Assembly (NCBI GenBank): GCA_016219445.1
Contig: JACRNA010000019.1
Span: 1 to 41,106, forward strand
Reading direction: 5' to 3'
From: Candidatus Amesbacteria bacterium
Lineage (GTDB): Bacteria > Patescibacteriota > Microgenomatia > CAZETR01 > Amesbacteraceae
Length of the DNA stretch: 41,106 bases
The notes beneath the pieces are model-generated. The model was not told where the DNA came from. It searched no databases and saw nothing but the letters and a program-made list of their open reading frames with translations. Both the position numbers and the translations under genes were made by a program. Below, piece after piece: positions 26,748 through 35,193 of this stretch (positions are counted from its first letter, which is position 1; each line of letters opens with the position of its first letter).

Positions 26748-27123
26748 TGGTTATTTACTAGATTCAGATATTTCTATTTGGATAATCCGCGGAGATGAAA
26801 AGATTATCAAGTCTGTGGCAAGTCTAGTACATAACCAACAAAGTGTTATTTCTATCTTGACTGTTGGTGAAATTTATAAAAATTCTTTTCCGGAAGAGGA
26901 GTTGTCAAATGAGCATTTTTTTAAGTGGCATAAGCAAATTCCCATCGACTTTCAGATAGCAAAACTTGCAGGAGAATACTGGCATAAATTTAGAAATATC
27001 AATAATAACTTTGTCGATTATTTGGTCGCTGCGACCTGCAAACTAAATAAGTTCACTCTCTTGACTCGGAATACCAAACACTTTCCGATGAAAGATATCA
27101 AAATAATTGATCCACCAACATGA
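26725..27123 (+). CDS. vapC: PIN-domain toxin (VapC family)
   Basis: YLLDSDISI, SILTVGEI, VDYLVAAT, LLTRNTKHF. Confidence 0.9.
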   Translation: MPKLRINSGYLLDSDISIWIIRGDEKIIKSVASLVHNQQSVISILTVGEIYKNSFPEEELSNEHFFKWHKQIPIDFQIAKLAGEYWHKFRNINNNFVDYLVAATCKLNKFTLLTRNTKHFPMKDIKIIDPPT

Positions 27124-27716
27124 CCATTGACGAAAAGAAAATAGAGTTGGAAAAAATAGCCCGCGAGATTAGAGACTTTAAGGGTCTAGAAATTGCCAAG
27201 AATTGTATAAATGCTGTGCCGGGAGAGGGCGATCCCGATGCTAAGATTATGTTTATAGGCGAGGCTCCGGGAGCCGATGAAGACGCCCAAGGCCGACCTT
27301 TTGTAGGCAGGTCTGGACAGCTATTACGTCAAACTATTTCCGAAAGTAATATCAAAATAGACAAAGTTTTTATTACCAATATTGTCAAATACAGGCCACC
27401 GGAAAATAGAGATCCGGAGCCTTTGGAAATTGAGATTTGCAGAGATTGGCTGGACCGACAAATTCAAATAATTGAACCGGCCACGATAGTGACTCTTGGA
27501 CATTTTAGTATGGCAAAATTTTTACCAGATGTTAAAATATCTCAAGTACATGGGCATGGTCAAGAAATAATATTTCAAGAAAAAAAGTATTTTTTGGTAA
27601 CTATGTATCACCCAGCCTTCGCTATTCGTGGCACAAGCAATATGACTGAATTTAAAAAAGATTTTTCTCAATTAAGACAAATGGCAATTAATGCGTTAAA
27701 ATTACGGCGATGCTAA
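27120..27716 (+). CDS. Uracil-DNA glycosylase, family 4-like
   Basis: GEAPG...GRPFVGRSG, NIVKYRPPENRDP, YHPA. Confidence 0.93.
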   Translation: MTIDEKKIELEKIAREIRDFKGLEIAKNCINAVPGEGDPDAKIMFIGEAPGADEDAQGRPFVGRSGQLLRQTISESNIKIDKVFITNIVKYRPPENRDPEPLEIEICRDWLDRQIQIIEPATIVTLGHFSMAKFLPDVKISQVHGHGQEIIFQEKKYFLVTMYHPAFAIRGTSNMTEFKKDFSQLRQMAINALKLRRC

Positions 27717-29359
27717 AAATAATTTCACTTGGGGGATTTGGCAATGTCACCTCAAACATGTTTGCTTACGAGCTGGAAGATGAGATCTTGCTTATAGATT
27801 GTGGTATCGGCTTTCCATCCGAAGATATGCTGGGCATCGACATTTTGATTCCCGATTTCAGTTATCTCAAAGACAAAGTTCACAAAATCAAGGGGCTTAT
27901 TTTGACCCATGGCCACGAAGATCATATCGGAGCACTCCCCTACATCCTTCCACAAATTCCAAATGTCACAGTCTATGCCAGCAAGTTTCCTGCTCATTTG
28001 GTAATGGAAAAATTGGCCGAATATCAAAACATGCCCAAAACCATCCAGATTCTAAATCCCGGCACTCCACTTCATTTGGGTAAATTTACAATTACTTCAG
28101 TACGAATTTCTCACTCTATTCCCGACTCAACAAATTTAATTATTCAAACACTTGTTGGAACCATTTATCATGGCAGTGATTTCAAGGTAGACTTTACTCC
28201 AATAGACGGAGTCTTGCCAGAGCTGGGAAAAATCGCCGAAGCCGGAAACCGTGGAGTTCATTTATTACTCTCAGACAGTCTTGGAAGCGATAAGCCGGGT
28301 TATACCCCGTCTGAAAAAACTTTGAATAGTATGTTTGACCGGGAAATGTCTTCCTGTGAAGGTAAATTTATTATGACCACTATGGGCAGCAACATCAGCC
28401 GGTTTGGCCAAGTCATTACTGCAGCCGTCAAGCACGGACGCAGAATAGCAATATCGGGGCGATCCATGGAACGCAATATCAAAGTAGCTCTAAATCTTGG
28501 CTATCTCAAAGTACCCCAGAGTGTCTTTGTCGATTTAAAAGAAGTCAAAAAGTTACCAGCCAAGAACATCTGTGTTCTGATGGCCGGAGCCATGGGTCAA
28601 GTCGAGTCGGCAATGGGAAGACTCGGTCTTGGTGAGCACCGGGATATCGAGGTAAAGGCAGGTGACAAGGTTCTCTTTTCATCTACACCAATTCCGGGAA
28701 CCGAATCAGATGTCGAAAATTTGATCAACCAGCTGACCGAGCTCGGGGCAGAGGTCATCCACTCTGGAATTTCGAGTGACCTCCATGTCTCGGGTCACCC
28801 TCACCAGCAAGAATTGCTCTTGATGATGAATTTGGTTAAGCCAAAATATTTGCTTCCCATGGGTGGCACTTATCAGCATATGGTAAGTTATGCCAAGCTC
28901 GCCAAATCTATGGGCTATACCGCTGACAAAATATTACTTCCCAAACACAGCCAGACAATTGAAGTTTATCCAGATATTGTCAAATTGGGTCCTGCCTTAC
29001 CGATTCGGAAAATTATGGTTGATGGCTTGGGTGTTGGCGACGTCGGCAACGTGGTCCTACGAGACCGGCAAATGCTGGCCAAAGAGGGCATGGTGGTAGC
29101 GGTTATCGAAGTCGATCAAAATGATCTGTCAAAAATTACCAACATAGAATTAATAAGCCGAGGTTTTGTCTTTACCAAAGAAGCGGGAGATCTTCTCAAT
29201 CACGGAGCTCAAGAAGTTACAAAAGCAGTTGCCTCCCGTAAAGACAAAATTGATTCTGATAGGGTAGTCAAAAGTATTGCAGTCGACACTCTCGAAAAAT
29301 TCTTCTTTCACAAAACCGCAAGAAGACCTATGATCCTGCCTGTGGTGGTTGAGGTTTAA
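27710..29359 (+). CDS. rnj: Ribonuclease J
   Basis: SLGG, IDCG, THGHEDHIG, HSIPD, DFKVD, HVSGH, VDGLGVGDVG, RRPMILP; TAAAAT 7 nt upstream of the ATG. Confidence 0.96.
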   Translation: MLKIISLGGFGNVTSNMFAYELEDEILLIDCGIGFPSEDMLGIDILIPDFSYLKDKVHKIKGLILTHGHEDHIGALPYILPQIPNVTVYASKFPAHLVMEKLAEYQNMPKTIQILNPGTPLHLGKFTITSVRISHSIPDSTNLIIQTLVGTIYHGSDFKVDFTPIDGVLPELGKIAEAGNRGVHLLLSDSLGSDKPGYTPSEKTLNSMFDREMSSCEGKFIMTTMGSNISRFGQVITAAVKHGRRIAISGRSMERNIKVALNLGYLKVPQSVFVDLKEVKKLPAKNICVLMAGAMGQVESAMGRLGLGEHRDIEVKAGDKVLFSSTPIPGTESDVENLINQLTELGAEVIHSGISSDLHVSGHPHQQELLLMMNLVKPKYLLPMGGTYQHMVSYAKLAKSMGYTADKILLPKHSQTIEVYPDIVKLGPALPIRKIMVDGLGVGDVGNVVLRDRQMLAKEGMVVAVIEVDQNDLSKITNIELISRGFVFTKEAGDLLNHGAQEVTKAVASRKDKIDSDRVVKSIAVDTLEKFFFHKTARRPMILPVVVEV

Positions 29360-29378
29360 ACTATAAGGACGGTCGAGA

Positions 29379-29409
29379 TTTGCAAGAGGATCTCTTGCAA
29401 ACGGCTATA
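29379..29409. repeat. REP-like palindrome family A, copy 2 (at the transposase 3' end)
   Basis: TTTGCAAGAGG-A-TCTCTTGCAAA followed by CGGCTATA; the transposase stop codon lies in this tail. Confidence 0.92.
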
Positions 29410-30082
29410 ATTCGCCATTAATATCAATAGCTATGTCTGTCAGATACTCAGGATCAATAGACATCCCCATAAAATTTCGGTAAGTAAATTTCTGCTTGGA
29501 AAGCGAAAAATAATCTAAAATGTGGTTGGTCTTGATCCAATTGGTTTTTCTTTCTCCAAGATATTCCGGAAGCGATGATGGCAACGATAAACTTGATGCT
29601 TTAATTGGGTTATTGTGTATATAGCGGGACAGATGGAGAAGTTGTTCCTCGGACTGGACCAAGACAGCTTTATATACATCTTGAAACAAGACTCCCTTTC
29701 TTTTGTACTTACGATTGAAATACATTGCATATCGAGTACCAAGTGAATTTGCAAAACTATTGATCACAACTTCTCTTTGCTGAATTAAAAGATGAAAATG
29801 ATTTGGCATTAAGGCATAGCACACTAAGTCTAAATCTTCGGAATAATTTTTGAGTTTTAATAATTTTAAAGCTTTATCTTTTTCTTTTGGAGTTGAATTT
29901 GGAGAAGAAAGCACCTCCTCTAGGTTATCTATGTCCACTGGTGACAAATATGTCTGTAGATAAGACAGAAAAACAGAATAATCCTGCTCGTCCATAAATA
30001 TCTTCCTTTGTTCAACCCCACGGTTGTAAATATGGTAATAAGAATTGGGAATATAATCTTTAACCGAGTTCCTTGAAGCCAT
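29405..30082 (-). mobile_element. HUH Y1 tyrosine transposase, RAYT / IS200-like
   Basis: YYHIYNRG...IF...DY, YALMPNHFHLL (HUH), YFNRKY.R.G.LFQ..YK, YIHNNP (catalytic Tyr plus the NP motif typical of RAYTs); flanked by identical hairpins. Confidence 0.92.
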
Positions 30083-30109
30083 ACTTTATCTTAGGATTTT
30101 GTTTTCACC

Positions 30110-30147
30110 TTTGCAAGAGGACCTCTTGCAAATGGCTATATATAGCC
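30110..30147. repeat. REP-like palindrome family A, copy 3 (upstream of the transposase)
   Basis: TTTGCAAGAGG-A-CCTCTTGCAAA followed by TGGCTATATATAGCC, whose GGCTATATATAGCC part is itself palindromic. Confidence 0.92.
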
Positions 30148-30148
30148 C

Positions 30149-31909
30149 TTATACTTTAAGTACCATCAAGAATGCCTCCTGTGGGATTTCGACACGGCCG
30201 ACGGATTTCATTCTGGCCTTGCCTTTCTTTTGAATTTTTAGAAGTTTATCTTTACGGGTTTGATCTCCGCCAGACAATTTGGCAATGACATCTTTTCTGT
30301 AGGCTTTGATATCGGCACGAGCGACAATCTTGGCACCAACAGCAGCTTGAATTGCCACTTCATATTGCTGACGGGGAATGGCGATATGCAATTTGTCTAC
30401 CAAGTTTTTGCCGATTATTGTAGCGTTTTCCCGCGGTACTATCTGGGAAAATGCATCCACCCTTTCGGTATTTACCAGGACATCGAGTCTGACTAGATCT
30501 GATGACTTAAATCCCAAAACTTCATAATCAATCGTGGCATAGCCAGATGAGACACTTTTTAATCTGTCATAAAACTCACGGATTAGCTCTGCAAACGGCA
30601 TCTGATAGACAAGGCTTACCTGCGTCTCGGCATAAGCCATATCCAGAAGTTCCGCCCGACTCGACTGACACAATTGAATTACTGGGCCGACATAATCAGA
30701 AGGGGTAAAGACTGAGAGTCGTATCATTGGTTCGCGGATTTCTTTGATCTGCGAAGGATCCAGTAAATCACCTGCTTTGGAAATAGTTTTTAGTTCATTG
30801 TTTGTAGTTAATAGTTCATAAGCCACTGACGGTGCACAGGCAATCAAGGTTAATCCAAATTCCCTCTCGAGTCTTTCCTGAATTATGTCAGTATGTAGTA
30901 AACCTAATGCACCTATCCGAAATCCGTTTCCCAAAGCCGGAGAATGTTCTGCAGAGTAGGTCAAGGCGGAGTCAGTCATTTTTAGCTTTTCCAAAGCATC
31001 GCGCATCAAATTTATTTCTGCCCCGTCTGTCGGATAGAAACTCATAAAGACCACTGGTTTTATTGGACTATACCCCGGTAATGGGTTATTAGTTGGTTGG
31101 TTACTTAGTGTGTCACCGACAGTCAGCAAAGATATATCTTTAAGCGAAGTTACGATATAACCTACTTCACCGGCAGATAATTTTTCAATAATTTTTCTAT
31201 GAGGCGCAAATACTCCCACTTCAATCACTTTGGTCCAAGTCTTAGTTCCCAAGAGTAATATTTTGTCTCCGCTTTTTATCTCACCGTCAATCATTCTTAC
31301 CCAGGCCACTACTCCTAAATGAGTATCATAGTTTGAGTTAAAGACAAGTGCGCGTGTCTGATTTGGGATTTGAGATTTAGGATTTGGGATTTGAGAAATA
31401 ATTTGATTAATTAAAGTGTCTACTCCAACTCCAGTTTTGGCAGAAACTTTGATAATCTCTTCTGTATCAAATCCAAAAATCTGTTGCATTTGTGAAAATG
31501 TTTTGGTAATTTCAGCGGTTCCAACATCAATTTTGTTGACAACTGGGATAATGACCAAGCCCAATTTTTTTGCTTGATTGTAGTGAGCCAGAGTTTGGGC
31601 TTGGACTCCTTGGGTCGCATCCACAAGCAAGATCACACCTTCACACGCAGCCAAACTTCTTGATACTTCATAGCTAAAGTCCACGTGCCCTGGTGTGTCA
31701 ATTAAATTTAATATAAAATCTTTATATAACATTCTGACAGGAGCAAGCTTTATTGTGATACCGCGTTCACGCTCGATAGGATTACTATCCAGCATTTGCT
31801 CCCGAAGATCGCGCTTGGCAACTGTACCGGTAAACTCCATCAACCTATCGGCCAAAGTCGATTTTCCATGATCAATGTGCGCCACAATTGCAAAATTTCG
31901 TATATTCAT
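30149..31909 (-). CDS. lepA: Elongation factor 4 (LepA)
   Basis: IRNFAIVAHIDHGKSTLADR, NLIDTPGHVDFSYEVSRS, ERLEREF, IPRQQY, RKDVIAK.SGGD. Confidence 0.98.
   Translation of the reverse strand: MNIRNFAIVAHIDHGKSTLADRLMEFTGTVAKRDLREQMLDSNPIERERGITIKLAPVRMLYKDFILNLIDTPGHVDFSYEVSRSLAACEGVILLVDATQGVQAQTLAHYNQAKKLGLVIIPVVNKIDVGTAEITKTFSQMQQIFGFDTEEIIKVSAKTGVGVDTLINQIISQIPNPKSQIPNQTRALVFNSNYDTHLGVVAWVRMIDGEIKSGDKILLLGTKTWTKVIEVGVFAPHRKIIEKLSAGEVGYIVTSLKDISLLTVGDTLSNQPTNNPLPGYSPIKPVVFMSFYPTDGAEINLMRDALEKLKMTDSALTYSAEHSPALGNGFRIGALGLLHTDIIQERLEREFGLTLIACAPSVAYELLTTNNELKTISKAGDLLDPSQIKEIREPMIRLSVFTPSDYVGPVIQLCQSSRAELLDMAYAETQVSLVYQMPFAELIREFYDRLKSVSSGYATIDYEVLGFKSSDLVRLDVLVNTERVDAFSQIVPRENATIIGKNLVDKLHIAIPRQQYEVAIQAAVGAKIVARADIKAYRKDVIAKLSGGDQTRKDKLLKIQKKGKARMKSVGRVEIPQEAFLMVLKV
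30784..30818. repeat. Five degenerate heptamers inside lepA
   Basis: TAGTTTT TAGTTCA TTGTTTG TAGTTAA TAGTTCA, encoding ELLTTNNELKT on the minus strand. Confidence 0.6.
31360..31394. repeat. Five GATTTRR heptamers inside lepA
   Basis: GATTTGG GATTTGA GATTTAG GATTTGG GATTTGA, encoding SQIPNPKSQIPN. Confidence 0.8.
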
Positions 31910-33562
31910 TTAATTTTGCTCAGGAGTTGGCAAAATAATTGGTTCTGATTGGGCAGGAGCTTTGAGATATTTGCGCCAATCGCCTAGCTTTAATGCTATT
32001 TCTTTGACATAAATTAACTGAGGTATACGAGTAATCCAAGACAGGCTGATATACAAGGCCATGCCTATAATTGAAGTAATCAGAGTAAGAACCAACAAAT
32101 CAACAGTCCTGGTCGTGTCAAATATAAATTGGTCAAGCAGGCGCATGGGTATCCACAATCCCAAACCCATGACGACACTTATTCCAACTATTTTTCCCAA
32201 TATTTTCAAAGATTCCATAAGTGAATCTTTCTGGAGAAAGACTTTTTTTATCAGAATTACGACCAATATAATTGTCTCCATAATTGCAGTAAGGGACAAA
32301 GATAACGCAATTCCGGCAATACCCCAGTTCCAAACTTTTACTGCCAATATCCCAAACAGAGTATTAAATACAGCTGCTCCCAGACCCACAAGCAATGGAG
32401 TCTTGGTATCGTGAAGGGCATAAAAAGCTCTGATAATAAGCTGCATGATGGCATAAAATCCAGCTGAGACCATGAGTATTGCCAAAGTTTTACCTGTAAG
32501 CAAAGTGGCTTCCCAGGGAAATGTCTTGGCACCAAATACCAATCTGACAATCGGTATACGTAAAACTATAAACAATACGCAGACGGGCAGAGCCAAAAAC
32601 ACTACTTGTAGACACGAATCCAAAAGTGTTTTTCTAAAATTATCCCAATCCCTGGCTGCGACCAATAACGAAAGAGATGGCAATGCTGCCTGTCCAATTG
32701 TGGCACCAAACAATAGAGTGGGAACAGCATACAATAGCCTGGCTACATTAAAAAGAGACAGTGAACCAGCTACCAAAAGCGATGACAATATAACTGCCAC
32801 GAACTGTTCCACTTGATCAATTCCCATGGCCATTGCCCGCGGAGGCATTAATTTTAGGACTTCACGGACACCAGGAAGCCTAATATCAAAATTAAATGTC
32901 GGTTTAAAGCCCAACGACATAGCAGCAGGCAACTGGACTAGCATATGAAATCCTGCTCCCAATACCATCCCAACTGCTGGCGCATATATTCCAAGAGAGG
33001 ACGAGAGAAATATTATACCCAGTATTATTCCCAAATTATAAGCCAGAGGTGCTATGGCAGGAATTAAAAAACGCTGGTGGGATTGGATCATGCCGGTCAA
33101 AAAACCAGAAATACAGAAAAATAGTTGGGCCACTAACATTACTCTTAGCAAATTTGCCATAATGGCAATCTGACCTGGATTAAATCCGGGTGCAACCAGA
33201 ATTGATAAGGGTTTGGCAAATACAAATATTATTAAGCAAAATAAGATAAATATTCCCAACACCAAATTTAACGTCGTGGCTGCCATTTTCCAGGCAGAAC
33301 TTTTGTCCGTTGCCAAAAAATTACTAAATACCGGAATAAAAGCTGCCGAGAGCGCACCCATGACCAACAATTGAAAGACAGTTTCCGGAATAATCATAGA
33401 AGCATAATAGACATCGAGGAGGGCTGCGTTTCCACCATAAAAATACGAAATTAGAAGACGAGACTTGACCAAACCCAAGATATGTGACAACCCATATGTG
33501 ATCATAATAATGACCGCAGCAGACAAAATACTAGACTGTTTCCTGAGCAAAAATTCCCGCAT
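31910..33562 (-). CDS. murJ: Lipid II flippase MurJ (MviN)
   Basis: GALSAAFIPVF, APGF, HQRFLIPAIAPLAYN, RAFYALHDTKTP; many TM helices. Confidence 0.95.
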   Translation of the reverse strand: MREFLLRKQSSILSAAVIIMITYGLSHILGLVKSRLLISYFYGGNAALLDVYYASMIIPETVFQLLVMGALSAAFIPVFSNFLATDKSSAWKMAATTLNLVLGIFILFCLIIFVFAKPLSILVAPGFNPGQIAIMANLLRVMLVAQLFFCISGFLTGMIQSHQRFLIPAIAPLAYNLGIILGIIFLSSSLGIYAPAVGMVLGAGFHMLVQLPAAMSLGFKPTFNFDIRLPGVREVLKLMPPRAMAMGIDQVEQFVAVILSSLLVAGSLSLFNVARLLYAVPTLLFGATIGQAALPSLSLLVAARDWDNFRKTLLDSCLQVVFLALPVCVLFIVLRIPIVRLVFGAKTFPWEATLLTGKTLAILMVSAGFYAIMQLIIRAFYALHDTKTPLLVGLGAAVFNTLFGILAVKVWNWGIAGIALSLSLTAIMETIILVVILIKKVFLQKDSLMESLKILGKIVGISVVMGLGLWIPMRLLDQFIFDTTRTVDLLVLTLITSIIGMALYISLSWITRIPQLIYVKEIALKLGDWRKYLKAPAQSEPIILPTPEQN

Positions 33563-33565
33563 TGT

Positions 33566-33576
33566 GCTATTATAGC
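33566..33576. promoter_or_regulatory. Symmetric bidirectional -10 element shared by murJ and rpsT
   Basis: GCTAT-T-ATAGC: minus-strand TATAAT 6 nt before the murJ ATG, plus-strand TG-C-TATTAT 9 nt before the rpsT ATG; the intergenic gap is only 20 bp. Confidence 0.7.
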
Positions 33577-33582
33577 TTCATT

Positions 33583-33819
33583 ATGCCAATTACTGTAGGG
33601 GCTATCCGAAAACAGCGTGCAGATAAGCGCAAACGGATCATAAATCTAAAGACAAGGGATGTTTTTAAACGTGCTATTACTCTTACCCGCAAGAAGCCAA
33701 CCCCAGGCAATCTCAAAAAGGCTTTTTCGCTTCTGGATCGCGCTGCCAAGAAAAATACAATTCATCCCAACAAAGCTTCGCGTCTCAAATCCAGGCTTTC
33801 AAAATTACTGAAAAAATAA
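33583..33819 (+). CDS. rpsT: 30S ribosomal protein S20
   Basis: MPITVGAIRKQR...LDRAAKKNTIHPNKASRLKSRL; start at 33583. Confidence 0.95.
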   Translation: MPITVGAIRKQRADKRKRIINLKTRDVFKRAITLTRKKPTPGNLKKAFSLLDRAAKKNTIHPNKASRLKSRLSKLLKK

Positions 33820-33827
33820 AACGTCGA

Positions 33828-34367
33828 ATGTCTGCCCACAAATCCCAAGATCTAAATCTTCTTCCCAAGACCGAATTTGAGCTGTCATTTTGGGGCCGAT
33901 TTCTCAAGTGGTCACTTACAACTGGACGCTACATCATTATATTGGTCGAGCTAGTTGTAATCATAGCTTTCATTTCCAGGTTTAAGTTGGATCACGATTT
34001 GTCCGATTTGGGCGACGCCATAGCCGGCAAACAAGCTCTCCTTGAAGCATCAAGTAATACCGAAAAAACTCTTAGACTGACCCAAGCGCGCCTTATTGAG
34101 GCGGAACAAAAAATAAAAAATCAATCAAACGCCGCTTCAATCTTGGAAAAAATTAATTCTATCTTTCCTCCAGACTCATCCATGACAAATTTTTCCTTTG
34201 CAGACAATTCGCTCACGATTACAGGAATTGTCACTTCTGAATCCGATTTGGGACTGATAATGGGAGAGCTAAATAAAGATAAAAGTACTTACAAGACAGT
34301 CGTCTTATCCAGTGTCAACACAGAACCAAGCAATAATTTAAAGTTTATTATCAAAATATGGCTATAG
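33828..34367 (+). CDS. Type IV pilus assembly protein, PilN-like
   Basis: N-terminal LNLLP motif, one TM helix, coiled coil, then ...LTITG... domain. Confidence 0.75.
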   Translation: MSAHKSQDLNLLPKTEFELSFWGRFLKWSLTTGRYIIILVELVVIIAFISRFKLDHDLSDLGDAIAGKQALLEASSNTEKTLRLTQARLIEAEQKIKNQSNAASILEKINSIFPPDSSMTNFSFADNSLTITGIVTSESDLGLIMGELNKDKSTYKTVVLSSVNTEPSNNLKFIIKIWL

Positions 34368-34972
34368 ATTACAGAAATTCACTAACCCATTACCGGAAAT
34401 ATTTACAGATTATCCAGAAGCGCCCCATATGGCGGGCTACTCTCTTTGTTACTTTGTCACTTCTGTTACTAATAGTCTTGTTAGTCTTTGCCTTGCGTCC
34501 GACACTGGTCACCATAGCTGGATTGACTGGTGAAATTCAATCCAAGCGCAATATCGAATCCCAACTTAATACCAAAATAGCCAATCTCCAATCGATGGTT
34601 CAGACATACCAAAAAATCCAACCACAATTATATCTAATAGATACTGCCCTTCCCCTCCAATCAAAATTTGGAAGTCTAAGTGATTATCTAGTCAAAAATG
34701 CCTCACAAACAGGGGTAATAGTCGATAGTATCGTCCTTGGAAATATAAACTTGTCAAACCAATCACCATCAAGCCAAGGACTATCGGACTTTGAATTTAG
34801 TATAAATATCAAGGGCAGTTATACTCAAATCCACGATATTTTGTATAAAATTGAAAACAGTAGGAGACTTATGTTTATCAGTTCTGTTCAGATATCTCGA
34901 GGTAATTCAGGCCAATTGATTACTAATATCAAAGGCAAAACTTATTTCATCTTGGAAAATTACTCGCCGTAA
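34358..34972 (+). CDS. Type IV pilus assembly protein, PilO-like
   Basis: TM helix, coiled coil, ALP, INIKGSY...IENSRRL motif; directly after pilN-like gene. Confidence 0.8.
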   Translation: MAIDYRNSLTHYRKYLQIIQKRPIWRATLFVTLSLLLLIVLLVFALRPTLVTIAGLTGEIQSKRNIESQLNTKIANLQSMVQTYQKIQPQLYLIDTALPLQSKFGSLSDYLVKNASQTGVIVDSIVLGNINLSNQSPSSQGLSDFEFSINIKGSYTQIHDILYKIENSRRLMFISSVQISRGNSGQLITNIKGKTYFILENYSP

Positions 34973-34989
34973 GCTATAAATAATATAGT

Positions 34990-35193
34990 ATGAAACCACA
35001 CAGAACTTATGACAGAGACATTGTATCCTTATTGATATTCACTCTTATTACCCTCTCGACATGGGTGGGTTTTGAAGTATATCATGTTTATACAAAACCT
35101 GTTATTCCTGAGGTTTTAGCTAAACATCTGAGAGTTTTGAATCCAGTTCTTAGTACCAGCGTCTTATCTGCCCTACAGTTACGCCTGCCATGA
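34990..35193 (+). CDS. Small single-TM hypothetical protein (in the pilP position)
   Basis: 67 aa, one TM helix; ATGA overlap with the next gene. Confidence 0.7.
   Translation: MKPHRTYDRDIVSLLIFTLITLSTWVGFEVYHVYTKPVIPEVLAKHLRVLNPVLSTSVLSALQLRLP

Noticed and set aside
24838-30132. Family A palindromes as CRISPR repeats
   Set aside because: Copies are hundreds to thousands of bases apart with whole genes between them, there are no spacer-sized intervals, and no cas gene is present.
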